Shown here one piece after another: positions 30,426-40,465 of a DNA stretch of 64,000 bases. Source of the DNA: Sulfolobales archaeon (GTDB taxonomy: Archaea; Thermoproteota; Thermoprotei_A; Sulfolobales; AG1); NCBI GenBank assembly GCA_038867615.1, contig JAWBYA010000003.1, forward strand, positions 128,001 to 192,000. Reading direction: 5' to 3'. The first letter of the stretch is position 1. Each line of letters opens with the position of its first letter. The translations under genes were made by a program, and so were the position numbers. The notes below the pieces were generated by a model. It did not search any database and was not told the origin of the DNA. It saw only the letters and a program-made list of their open reading frames with translations.

Positions 30426-30436
30426 CAATATTTACT

Positions 30437-31345
30437 ATGATAATATTAACACCACCGTCTACAAAATTACACGGGGGGTATATAGACCCATTCACAGATC
30501 ACGAAATAAAGAGAAAGATAAGCTTGTTCAGAGAGCTAGACTCCATGATAGACTTCTCCAAATCTAGCTACCAGCTTGATATAGTTATTTTCATCGGAAA
30601 TGTTGGAAAGCCGGTAAGTGTGGATGCAATAGTATCGGCCCTAGGGGTTGATAGAAAACAGGTTCTAGACGCGCTGAGGAAGCTAAAGATCAAAGGGATC
30701 GTGACTGCTAACAATAACTTCTATATGCTTACAAACACGGGTAAGAGGTTTTACGACTTGCTTGTAAAGAACATCGCTGATCACGATAATGGCCGTGATA
30801 ACGGCAGTGATAGTGAGTCGATAGTAAGGATTATCAGAAGGTTCCGCGGGATAGGAGTATCTATGGATATCATCAAGCTACTAGGGATATGGGGTAGACC
30901 TTTGAGACTAGATAAGATCGCAAAGAGATTTGGTGTAAGTGTTCCAGAGCTTCTTGAACTGCTCAGCCCGTTTACGAGAAGCACGGGAGGTGAGGATATC
31001 ATAAGACTTGTGGATTGTAAGGGTAGGTTTAGCAGGAAGACTACTAAGTGTCTATCGCTCTCTAGGATAGGGCTTGATATAGCTAGAACCCTGCCTGGTG
31101 TGAAAAAATACAGAATCCCCTATAGAATTATAGGTTCTCTAACGTTTACAGAAGATCTAGACGATGCTGTGGAAAGGATCATGATATATATAGCCGGGAT
31201 CCTTGTATTGATGCTATTATTTCAGCGAACACCGTATGGTAGGGAGGCCATGGTGGTGGGTTTCGCATCGATCATGTTCTTCATATTTCTATACATGTTC
31301 TCAAGAAAGATCTCGAAGATCTTTAGCAGATCGAAGATCATATAG
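30437..31345 (+). CDS. arnR: ArnR-like membrane-anchored archaellum transcription regulator
   Basis: N-terminal wHTH (FSKSSYQLDI...RKQVLDALRKL), two C-terminal TM helices, divergent from the arl operon; start uncertain. Confidence 0.75.
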   Translation: MIILTPPSTKLHGGYIDPFTDHEIKRKISLFRELDSMIDFSKSSYQLDIVIFIGNVGKPVSVDAIVSALGVDRKQVLDALRKLKIKGIVTANNNFYMLTNTGKRFYDLLVKNIADHDNGRDNGSDSESIVRIIRRFRGIGVSMDIIKLLGIWGRPLRLDKIAKRFGVSVPELLELLSPFTRSTGGEDIIRLVDCKGRFSRKTTKCLSLSRIGLDIARTLPGVKKYRIPYRIIGSLTFTEDLDDAVERIMIYIAGILVLMLLFQRTPYGREAMVVGFASIMFFIFLYMFSRKISKIFSRSKII

Positions 31346-31727
31346 TAATATAATAGGAGGATAAATAAGACCACAGCAATAATAACTATTGCAAAGCCTC
31401 ATATAATAAGCTATATTAGCGTCAACCATTGCTCGTACAGCCGTTTGTTGTTCGTCCCCAGTATTCTTTGATATTCTTTATACCAAGGGCTTCAACATTG
31501 CCCATGGTGATAGAGAAACCCCCTAGTGCGGGTGAGGTAGAAGCATTTGTCTTGCGAGCCCGTGTTTCTGGCTATTGCTACTGCGATATAGCTACATATG
31601 TTGCGGCTTTAGATCTATCTTCGATATTCTCACTTTCATATATACATAGGGGTTTTGCTATATATAATATAACAGCTTAGCTGGGAGGTCTTGGTATCCT
31701 GTTTTAATTATTCATCATTTGATGATA

Positions 31728-32960
31728 TTACGTGTCACTATATCTGGAACTGGTTCTTGTAACATATATGCTAGTTGGTAGTGAGAGTGCTAGGAACATT
31801 AATGCCAGAAAGTAAGCTAGAGATCCGAACCCTGCGGTATCAAAGATCCTACCCCCCAGGATCTCTCCTAATCCTATACCAATACCAAGTGTAGTGACAT
31901 AGACACCCGCTGAGGGCCCTCTCCTCATATTATCAGTATAGTCAGCTAGGAGGGCTAGGAGTGTTGGTGGGATTGTTAGGGCTGGTGTTGCCAGGAGTAT
32001 TATTAGAGGGAGGAATACAAATAGCTCCTTATATGTTAGCCCAAGTACTATGAGAGCGATCGGTAGCGAGAATGTACCCAGTAAAAGGGACCTCTCCTTC
32101 CCTATCCTTGCAGCTATCAAGCTCCCAAGCAATATACCACCAGCTACTCCAGCCAATGCAAGTATTAGGAATAAACCAATGCTTGGATTAGCTACATAGC
32201 TTCCAACAACTCCTTCTCCTTCTTTACCAATATTGCTAGTAAAGGGTAGCGGGATCCCTAGGTTAAGCTCCTTTATAATCTTGGGTGAGAGGAAACCAAC
32301 CCCGAGGATTACGGCGAAGCCAAACCACATAGGGATCAGAGTAAGGGATCTCTTGCTCACTGAGTAGAACTCTCTATAATTGATAAAACCCCTCCTAGCC
32401 ACTATTTCTCGAACTAGAAGGCTGTTTATAAGCGATATCATAGCTAGAATCGCTGAGGCCGTGAAGCCGCCAAGGATGCCCAGGATCTCTAGAAGGCCTG
32501 CTAGCGAGAAGCCTAGTGCGTAGCCACCCAGGTTGGATGCTTCGAAACCCCCAACACCAAAGATCCTTTTTCTAGTCTCACCCCTAGTCACCTCAGCCAC
32601 GGCTGAGAGGGAGGATACGAGGATCAGTGATGCTGCAAACCCGGCTATCGCGTTTAGCACAGCAAGCTCTAGGATCGATGATGATATATTCATGAGGAGA
32701 TATATTGCAATAAGCATGGATGAAGCAATAGCTAGAGAGAACCTCAAGCCAAGGATCTCGTAGAGAGCGCCCGAGGCTAACCCGGAGAGAGCTTCAGCAA
32801 CAGAATATACAGCCAACAGGAATCCCTGAATCCCTGTACTCAAACTAGGAAACGTTACTGTTAGTGATACGATGAAAACAGCGTTTGCCGATCTTATAAA
32901 AGCCACTGATAGATATGCAGGGTAAAGATCCAAATCCTTTCTTATCAATAGCTCGACCAA
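31728..32960 (-). CDS. MFS transporter
   Basis: About 12 TM helices; GALYEILGLR and LADYTDNMRRG loops. Confidence 0.85.
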   Translation of the reverse strand: MVELLIRKDLDLYPAYLSVAFIRSANAVFIVSLTVTFPSLSTGIQGFLLAVYSVAEALSGLASGALYEILGLRFSLAIASSMLIAIYLLMNISSSILELAVLNAIAGFAASLILVSSLSAVAEVTRGETRKRIFGVGGFEASNLGGYALGFSLAGLLEILGILGGFTASAILAMISLINSLLVREIVARRGFINYREFYSVSKRSLTLIPMWFGFAVILGVGFLSPKIIKELNLGIPLPFTSNIGKEGEGVVGSYVANPSIGLFLILALAGVAGGILLGSLIAARIGKERSLLLGTFSLPIALIVLGLTYKELFVFLPLIILLATPALTIPPTLLALLADYTDNMRRGPSAGVYVTTLGIGIGLGEILGGRIFDTAGFGSLAYFLALMFLALSLPTSIYVTRTSSRYSDT

Positions 32961-33543
32961 GAGATATAGTATACGCCAAATAAATTGAGATAAGCAGCAT
33001 GACTACACATTGCAACACTTCTCCAGCGTTGTTTGTTCCCGTATTGTCTGTTGTACCTGGGGTTTTCACACCACTTGAAGGATCTCCCTATCAATGTGAG
33101 GTAACGAACCACAGTTGAGTTAATAGATAAGACCATTATTTATTATGGGTAATCATTTTCTGTGTGGGTAGTTTGAATCAATCATTTGTCTCTGGAGTGT
33201 TCATTCTACTTCGATATTAATCGTTTTTCCTTGGTTTTCTTAGTGTGAGTTTTTTTGTTTGGGGTCTTTGTTTTGTCTTCGTTGTTGTGTGGGTATCTCA
33301 ATGGGATGATGGTGCTTATGCTATGTTTCATTATTGTAGAGCGCCGGATTTAATACCGATCCATATAGACCCTCATGGAATTCAGAAACAGCTGGCTACG
33401 GCATTAAGCTTAGGGTCTTGTCATTGGTTTATTGGTCGAAGTAGGTAATTATCTGATCTGGTATGGGTTATTTAAGAAAACCCTAATACTTAGTAGGCAA
33501 AACTACTAATACCCCTTTGCATAAGTAATAATTGTGACGACTC

Positions 33544-34929
33544 GTGAGGGTAAAGATAATAGCGTCAATAGGACCCTCTTCTAAGAGCCCGGAGGTTCTT
33601 AGAGAGTTTTATAGAATCGGGATCAGGTGTTTTAGAATAAATATGGCGCACGGCGATCAAGCGTTCTGGAGCGATATAGTTAAGGCTATAAGGGATCTGG
33701 AGAGGGTGATGGGGGATCGCCTATGCCTAATAGGCGATCTCCCGGGACCATCTATAAGGCTTGGCGAGTTTAAGGAGTTTAGCTTCAAGAAAGGGAGTAA
33801 GGTGGTTTTCTCCAACTCAGGTGATGGGGTTCCTCTCAGGGATAAGGAGTTCTTCGAGATCGCTGAGGAGGGTGATATAATAATGCTAGATGACGGAAGG
33901 GTTATGCTTGAGGTTATAGCCTCCAACTGGGATAAGGTTGAGGCGATAGCGATAACTGATGGTATTCTCAAGCCAGGGAAAGGACTTACTATAAAGGGTA
34001 AAGAACCCGCTTCACAGATAATCAGGGATAGGGATTTCGAGGCAATAAGGTTCTCTGTAGAGAATAAATTCACGTACCTTGGTATAAGTCATGTGAGAAA
34101 CGCTGAGGATCTAAGGATAGTTAGGGAGACCATAAACAAGCTTGGAGGAAGACAGAGGCTCCTTGCCAAGATAGAGAACGCGAGTGCTGTGAAGAATATA
34201 GAGCAGATATCAAGAAGCTCGGACGGTGTTGTGATAGCGAGAGGCGATCTAGGAATGAACCTGGGCTTGGAAGAGGTTCCCATAGTACAGAGAAAGATCA
34301 TGGAGATATGCCATAGACTGGGCAAACCAGCAATAGTAGCCACACAGATCCTCGAGTCCATGACAAGCTCGCCGGTTCCTACCAGGGCTGAGGTCAACGA
34401 TCTATATGTAGCTGTTGCCCAAGGAGCTGATGCTATAATGCTGACAGGAGAAACAGCGGTTGGGCTATACCCTGTCGAGGCTGTTAGATGGGCTAGAAAG
34501 GTTATAGAAAGGGCTGAGAGAGAGCCTGGAGTGGCTCGCGATAGTCTGTTTAACGTTAAGGGAATAGATGGTGAGCATGATAGATATTCATATGGTATCT
34601 ATAGGCTCTCTGAAAGTCTAGAGGCTCCTCTAGTAATACTGGATAGAGAGATCGAAATGGCTTTAGCGATCTCGGTATACAAACCATCACATAAGATCTA
34701 TCTGTTAACAGATGAGGATGATATCTATAGACAGTCACACATCCTCTGGGGGGTAGAGCCAGTATATATTTACAGCGATAATGGTATAGAGGCGAGAGAA
34801 GCGGTTACCAAACATATCAAGGAAACACTCAGAAAGAGCGGTATTGAGAGAGCTGTCTACTCAAGAGTCATATATGTAAACAATATTGAGAAAAAGAGAA
34901 AGATCGAGATTTTCGAAAGCCTAGAGTAA
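33544..34929 (+). CDS. pyk: Pyruvate kinase
   Basis: KIIASIGPS, RINMAHG, AKIE, ARGDLG, ATQILESM, PTRAEVND, MLTGETA. Confidence 0.96.
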   Translation: MRVKIIASIGPSSKSPEVLREFYRIGIRCFRINMAHGDQAFWSDIVKAIRDLERVMGDRLCLIGDLPGPSIRLGEFKEFSFKKGSKVVFSNSGDGVPLRDKEFFEIAEEGDIIMLDDGRVMLEVIASNWDKVEAIAITDGILKPGKGLTIKGKEPASQIIRDRDFEAIRFSVENKFTYLGISHVRNAEDLRIVRETINKLGGRQRLLAKIENASAVKNIEQISRSSDGVVIARGDLGMNLGLEEVPIVQRKIMEICHRLGKPAIVATQILESMTSSPVPTRAEVNDLYVAVAQGADAIMLTGETAVGLYPVEAVRWARKVIERAEREPGVARDSLFNVKGIDGEHDRYSYGIYRLSESLEAPLVILDREIEMALAISVYKPSHKIYLLTDEDDIYRQSHILWGVEPVYIYSDNGIEAREAVTKHIKETLRKSGIERAVYSRVIYVNNIEKKRKIEIFESLE

Positions 34930-35004
34930 AGAGTACACGAACTTTCAGGATCTTTAGCTCTATAGTTATTAGAGCTAGTTAGTGATAGTTAATTGTGAAG
35001 CGTC

Positions 35005-35841
35005 GTGGGAGAGCTGGTACGGGATCGTGGAGACCTAGCAGATCTATATAGGTTGGTGGTAAGCATAGCAGTAGAAGGAGCTAAGTATGCTAGAGAGAGG
35101 AGCAGCGATCAGAGCATGTTTGTAGTGCTCTCGAAGAACCCTACTGGTGATGATACAAGGAGGATCGATAAGGCTGTAGAGGATCACATACTAGAGGAGA
35201 TCAAGAACAGGGGGGTTGGAGCATTGGTCATAACGGAAGAGACAGGATCACTGGTGATAGGGGGTAGAGAGCCTGAATATATATTCCTCCTAGACCCGCT
35301 CGATGGATCTATAAACTATGTGGCGGATATACCTTACTGTAGCGTGAGCCTAGCTGCGCTCCCATATAGAGCTGGGGCGTCTCTTAACGATGTTGTGGTG
35401 GGAGCGGTTGCAGAGATCTTCAGGGATCGTAGCTATAGCTTCTTAAAAGGATTAGGGGCATATGTTAATAACGAGCCGGCATATGGGCTTGTTGGTGAGG
35501 GTCCGAGTGTGGTGTTGGCGTACTTCGAGGAGCCTGATCTTGTTGGAAGGATCCATAAGCTCTGGTTCAGGCTGGGAAAGCCTAAGATAAGATCCCTTGG
35601 ATCTGCATCGCTCGATATAATAAATGTGTCTATGGGGAGGTTCAGGGCATTCATAGATCTCAGAGGCAGGTTGAGAAATATAGATGTCGTTGCTGCGATA
35701 GGGTTTGCCAGGGAGCTGGGAGCCTTTGTAATTGATGATAGGGGTGATGAGATAGATATCCCAGTCGATAGACTAAGCAGGATCGGCTCGATAATAGTGT
35801 CAAGGGAGAAAAGCATTATAGATATAGTTAGGGATAGCTAG
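35005..35841 (+). CDS. suhB: Inositol monophosphatase/FBPase family protein
   Basis: TEE, LDPLDGSIN, RSLGSASLD, DVVAA. Confidence 0.88.
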   Translation: MGELVRDRGDLADLYRLVVSIAVEGAKYARERSSDQSMFVVLSKNPTGDDTRRIDKAVEDHILEEIKNRGVGALVITEETGSLVIGGREPEYIFLLDPLDGSINYVADIPYCSVSLAALPYRAGASLNDVVVGAVAEIFRDRSYSFLKGLGAYVNNEPAYGLVGEGPSVVLAYFEEPDLVGRIHKLWFRLGKPKIRSLGSASLDIINVSMGRFRAFIDLRGRLRNIDVVAAIGFARELGAFVIDDRGDEIDIPVDRLSRIGSIIVSREKSIIDIVRDS

Positions 35842-35853
35842 CCCGGTGGTCTT

Positions 35854-35997
35854 ATGTTCAGCCTGGACGAGGCTCAGGCAGTGGTAATGGGAGTTGTTTT
35901 AGGAGCATCGGCTCTCACCTACCTCATAATACTAACTATACTCAGGATCTCTATCAATAGGAGAAAGATCGGAAGAGATAAGCCTTCCAACAGCTGA
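35854..35997 (+). CDS. Putative 47-aa single-pass membrane protein
   Basis: GGTGGT SD plus ATG; MFSLDEAQAVVMGVVLGASALTYLIILTILRISINRRKIGRDKPSNS. Confidence 0.5.
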   Translation: MFSLDEAQAVVMGVVLGASALTYLIILTILRISINRRKIGRDKPSNS

Positions 35998-36588
35998 TGC
36001 TATGATATCGGCGTGCCTCAGGGGCTGGGGAAGCGGGTGGAAGGTCTGGTTATCAATAACTATATCGACACACCGATCCCAGTTAATGCCAACACAAAGG
36101 ATCCTTAGGATGCCTCTGGGCGTCTGTAATAGTCTTGAAAGCCTGTAAGCCTTATCAATGATTCTGTATCTCTCATGATGATCTGTGAAATGCTTCTCCA
36201 GAGCCTTCCTGATTCTCTCAAGATCTAGCTCGTGTGAGAAGATAACTATCAATGGCACGCCTGTGTTTGAATAAATATCCCAGGGGTCGTATACAGAGAA
36301 CCCTCCATAGATAACATTATCCCCCATAATAGCATCTATAGGAGGGTCGTTTGTTTTTGCATGTTCGTTGTAGATTTCGAGAAAAACTTTGCCTATACCC
36401 ATGGAGTCTACTAGGAGAAGTCTTAGATATATATTGAGTACAAACGATCTATGTCCAACAACACCAACTATAGGCGTATATCCTTTTAGCGATTTATATT
36501 CAGGCAAAAAATAGCCATCATCTATAGCTAGAACCAGTTTATCCCGCATCATTTCACCGGCTACGGCTGGAAGAACTACCCTTGACAC
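35932..36588 (-). CDS. DUF99 / endonuclease V-like family protein
   Basis: LAIDDGYF, GGFSVYD, TGVPLI, PQPLRHADIIAS. Confidence 0.8.
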   Translation of the reverse strand: MSRVVLPAVAGEMMRDKLVLAIDDGYFLPEYKSLKGYTPIVGVVGHRSFVLNIYLRLLLVDSMGIGKVFLEIYNEHAKTNDPPIDAIMGDNVIYGGFSVYDPWDIYSNTGVPLIVIFSHELDLERIRKALEKHFTDHHERYRIIDKAYRLSRLLQTPRGILRILCVGINWDRCVDIVIDNQTFHPLPQPLRHADIIASAVGRLISSDLSPIDRDPEYS

Positions 36589-37171
36589 TCACACGGTTTT
36601 CCTCAATAACCGCGAGAGCTTTTATAAAATCCCTATCCTTTATCCCTATCCTCTCGGCAGCTTTCTCGATGGAGCTTGGATCCGTGTCCCCATAGAGGGT
36701 TTTTGACACATCTCTTATAACCTCACCATACTCCCAGGGAAAAACTATCCAATCGCTTGTCTCTCCATAGTGATAGTCCGGGTATAGTATTGTTTTGGGC
36801 TTAACATATAGTGTTGCTGTCCTAACCTCCTTTGCACCATATAGCTTTATAAGCTCTATAGCTGTTTGAAGTGTTCTCCCAGTATCTGAAACATCATCGA
36901 CAACCAGCACTCTCTTCTCTCTTGGCGATAGTGTTGGTCCTGATGTTACAAGGGGTCTCTCTCTCGTCTCTCCAATCCCTTTGTAGAACTTGATCCCTAT
37001 GCCCCCTACCTCGTCAACGCCCAAGATATCTGAAACCAGCTTAGCCAAGATCCACCCGTTCCTAAAGATCCCTACAACCATGTCGGGAATATAATGACTA
37101 TTAGCTATTTTCTTAGTAAGCTCTATAGATCCGATCATTATATCAGACCAGTTAAGGACCAGGTAGCCCAT
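36554..37171 (-). CDS. Purine phosphoribosyltransferase
   Basis: VLVVDDVSDTGRTL PRPP motif; WIVFPWE. Confidence 0.9.
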   Translation of the reverse strand: MGYLVLNWSDIMIGSIELTKKIANSHYIPDMVVGIFRNGWILAKLVSDILGVDEVGGIGIKFYKGIGETRERPLVTSGPTLSPREKRVLVVDDVSDTGRTLQTAIELIKLYGAKEVRTATLYVKPKTILYPDYHYGETSDWIVFPWEYGEVIRDVSKTLYGDTDPSSIEKAAERIGIKDRDFIKALAVIEENRVSVKGSSSSRSR

Positions 37172-37291
37172 CTACACCCCCACCATAACTATTGAATATG
37201 AAAAGATAAGCCCATACAGCCTCATAAGAGTCTGGGAAATTTTAGCTAATACTCTGTCTTGGATAAACCATTATCGAGGATGAGGATATAG

Positions 37292-38437
37292 TTGAAATAC
37301 GACGTAGTGATCGTAGGTGGGGGTCTTCTAGGACAATTCGCAGCCTTAGAACTCCTAAGCCGCGGCTATAGAGTTGCTATAGTGGAGAGAGATATACTCT
37401 GCTCAGGATCCTGTTCCAAGAGTACTGGGATAATGACTAGACAGCTAGTGCTCAGGGCTGACATAATCTTCGCACAAAGATCTATAGATATTATTACAAA
37501 AATGGAGAAGGAGTATGGAGAGCACTTCCTAAGAAGAACAGGTTTCCTAACACTGAGCCCTATATCGCGTGTGACGAAAAAGCTTGAACTAATATACAGA
37601 TCCGTTGGGGTTGAGTATAAGCTCCTCGAGCCCCACGAGATAAGAGAGCTGTGGGAAGCGGTGGTTGTGGGTGATAACGAGATCGGGATCTATACTGAGG
37701 GTGATGGCATGCTTAACACAGGCTCTCTATCCTACAGAATTAAGAAAGAGATCGAGAGGAGCGGTGGATCTATCCTTGAGAGATGTGGCGAAACAAGCCT
37801 GAGCACGGATGGGAGATATGTGGTAAGAGTTATTTCCGACAACAATGAGTGCTCGTTACACGGGGATCTATTCATTCTAGATGTTGGTGTAAATACAGCC
37901 TCTATATTTACTAGGAGCTTTGGAAGAACACCAGAGCCTGATCAGCTCCTCTTTAAATGCCAGAGCGCCTCAGTAGATCTTGGCGGTGAGTACGGGATCC
38001 CTATTATATATGACGGTAAAAACCATCTCTACATAGCACCAGAGACTAAGAAAAGGGCTATAGTTGGCGACGGTCCATGCAAGACAGCCAGGGATCAGAA
38101 TGATATAGCCCCAGATAGAGAGATCCTTATCGAGACCCTCGATAAGCTACCGGAAAGGCTGGCCGGCTCTGAGAGATCACGTATCATAGGAATAACATCA
38201 CACATATGTGGCACAACACCAGACTTTCTCCCCGTCATAGGTAAGGATAATGTTTATGAGAACCTCTACCTAGCCTATGGACTAAGCTCCTATGGAACTA
38301 TGAGATCACCCTATCTAGGTGTAGAGATAGCAAAGATGGTTGATGGGGGCAGAGTAGATCCATTGCTAAAGATCTTGAGCCCCAGATCCAGTAAAGGATT
38401 GGGTACTTGTGAAGAAATACATACACCGATAATCTAG
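37292..38437 (+). CDS. FAD-dependent oxidoreductase (DAO/sarcosine oxidase beta-like)
   Basis: VIVGGGLLG, TPDFLPVIG, GLSSYG. Confidence 0.85.
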   Translation: MKYDVVIVGGGLLGQFAALELLSRGYRVAIVERDILCSGSCSKSTGIMTRQLVLRADIIFAQRSIDIITKMEKEYGEHFLRRTGFLTLSPISRVTKKLELIYRSVGVEYKLLEPHEIRELWEAVVVGDNEIGIYTEGDGMLNTGSLSYRIKKEIERSGGSILERCGETSLSTDGRYVVRVISDNNECSLHGDLFILDVGVNTASIFTRSFGRTPEPDQLLFKCQSASVDLGGEYGIPIIYDGKNHLYIAPETKKRAIVGDGPCKTARDQNDIAPDREILIETLDKLPERLAGSERSRIIGITSHICGTTPDFLPVIGKDNVYENLYLAYGLSSYGTMRSPYLGVEIAKMVDGGRVDPLLKILSPRSSKGLGTCEEIHTPII

Positions 38438-38987
38438 ACCGTATACCAAGATGTAGTTTTAAGGAGTCCAGGCCCTCATAGATAACGAAATCGTTGTTGA
38501 TGATAATAAATTCACCTATGCGATTTTTCACTATTTTCCACGCGTTCGGGATAACCGGTATTCTAGCTTCTCTTCATACCTTAGTTGGTGCTCGTTTCTG
38601 TAGGGATCCCTAGTGTCCCGGCTTTCTCTATATTTATCCATTTCGCTTGGGTTTTTATGATTGCTAGATCGTATCTCAGCTTATGGGCATATGTTTTCCA
38701 CATAACTATAGATTTAATATTGGTTCTTAGAAGTCCCATGAAACCAGAAGCAGCTGGTTCCATATTGAGGGCTATATATTGTCTTCATATATATTTATTA
38801 GCCGGGTATAGATTAAATAATATTTGCGTGTGGTATGTTATGGTAAAAGCAAAAGTATGGTTCGTGCTAATGGGTAGTGGTGGTGCTTGTTATGAGCACT
38901 GTGTATCTTCATGCAAACTATTACCATATATTTATGCGGTGTCATGGATGTTTTTGTATATAGATAAGATGATCTTGGGGGATCGTT

Positions 38988-39800
38988 ATGGTTGTGGTTG
39001 GTCCAGAGCTTCTTGAAAAAAACATAGCTGGATCTCAGATCCTTTCAAGAGCTGTTAAGATCTTGGAAAACGATGACGAGATCCAAGAGCTCCTGAGGAT
39101 GAGTAATATTATGGCTGTGTCTAGGCTTAGATACAACGATCATGGGAGGATCCACGCAATAATAGTCTCAGGAGCTGCTCTCGAGATCGCGGATACATTA
39201 TTTAGATCCGGTATAATACCGACAGGGATCAGGGATAAGACTATCCAGAGTATAGATGAGGCGAAACTAGCTATACTGCTTGGAGCATATCTCCACGATA
39301 TAGGTAACTCGATCCATAGATCCCAACACGAGCTCTTAGGATCACTATTGGCAAAAGATATTCTTACAAGGATACTTCCCGAAATACTTGGGGAAAGGGG
39401 TAGAAGGATTATTGCGCTGAGGCAAGAGATCATGCACATAATATATGCGACAGAATATAACACTAGATGCCTCACAGTAGAGGCTGGGATTGTTAAGATA
39501 GCCGATGGCACTGACATGTCTCAGGGAAGGGCTAGGGCGCCCTATAAATTAGGAAAGGTTGATATGCATGCTATGTCAGCATTATCGATAAACTCCGTAG
39601 AAATTTCCGAGGGTGTCGAGAGACCTGTTAGGATAACAGTTAATATGAATGACTATGCAGGGCTTTTCCAAATAGAACAGATCCTTATGCCGAAAATCCT
39701 GACAAGCTCTCTAGAGAATAGCGTTGAGATATGGATAAGGGTTGGTGAAAAGGTTAATCCCTATTACCCCCACAACCTATCTAAACCAGCAACCCACTAG
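38988..39800 (+). CDS. HD-domain phosphohydrolase
   Basis: YNDHGRIH, YLHDIGNSIHR, KIADGTDM. Confidence 0.9.
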   Translation: MVVVGPELLEKNIAGSQILSRAVKILENDDEIQELLRMSNIMAVSRLRYNDHGRIHAIIVSGAALEIADTLFRSGIIPTGIRDKTIQSIDEAKLAILLGAYLHDIGNSIHRSQHELLGSLLAKDILTRILPEILGERGRRIIALRQEIMHIIYATEYNTRCLTVEAGIVKIADGTDMSQGRARAPYKLGKVDMHAMSALSINSVEISEGVERPVRITVNMNDYAGLFQIEQILMPKILTSSLENSVEIWIRVGEKVNPYYPHNLSKPATH

Positions 39801-39868
39801 CGATAAGTATCTCTATATACATGGAGCACGATCACTTAGCATAAAAGACACCTAGACCATAATAAATT

Positions 39869-40157
39869 GGGCCGCCCCCACGGGGCCCACGGGGTACTCC
39901 TGAGGAAACACCGCCCTCCCCGCGGCACCGGAGCCCCGCAAGGGGCGCGGGTAGCACCCGCGGCAACGGCACAGAAACGACACGGCTCCGCGAGTGATGA
40001 CAGTGATGGGTTCAAACCCGGAGAAACCGTGGAGCACGGTGAAACGGCCGACCTCCGGGGAGCAAGGCCAAACGCGCCGATGAAGGCCGCGTAAGGCGCG
40101 GGTAGGCCGCTAAGCCAAATGCCCCGTAACAGAAGGCGGGTTATGTGGGGGCGGCTC
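39869..40157 (+). ncRNA. rnpB: RNase P RNA (archaeal)
   Basis: P1 GGGCCGCCCCCAC/GTGGGGGCGGCTC; GAGGAAACACCGCCC pairing with ACAGAAGGCGGGTTAT; ACAGAAAC, GAAACGGC and GAGCAAG conserved regions; high GC. Confidence 0.95.
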
Positions 40158-40465
40158 TTTACCTCTACTTATCTCTGATTCTATGTGTTTGTTGTTATTT
40201 TTATAGGTTTAGGGATTTCTGCCAAGCTCCAGGGATCCATAGATCCCTGTGGTTTGGGGTATCTAGATGGATCAATAATAGAGCCTGGCCTATCGTTAAA
40301 TATCGGTATATAGATCTTTCTCTCAGTAACGTGGAATCAATGCCTCAATGGTTGTGATGAACACGATGGCTCCAAGGATCATAACAATTTCTATTAGATT
40401 AGAAAGAAACAGATCATAGCTTGTTCGGCCTCTTTCACAGCTAATGAAAAACCCGATCTTCTTGA

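Noticed and set aside
32960-33544. Long intergenic region as a replication origin
   Set aside because: No ORB-like repeats and no adjacent cdc6/whiP gene
38585-39016. 143-aa ORF and the many other antisense or shadow ORFs in the track
   Set aside because: Atypical composition, or fully overlapped by well-supported genes on the opposite strand
39852-40094. Short GC-rich ORFs on both strands
   Set aside because: They overlap the RNase P RNA gene
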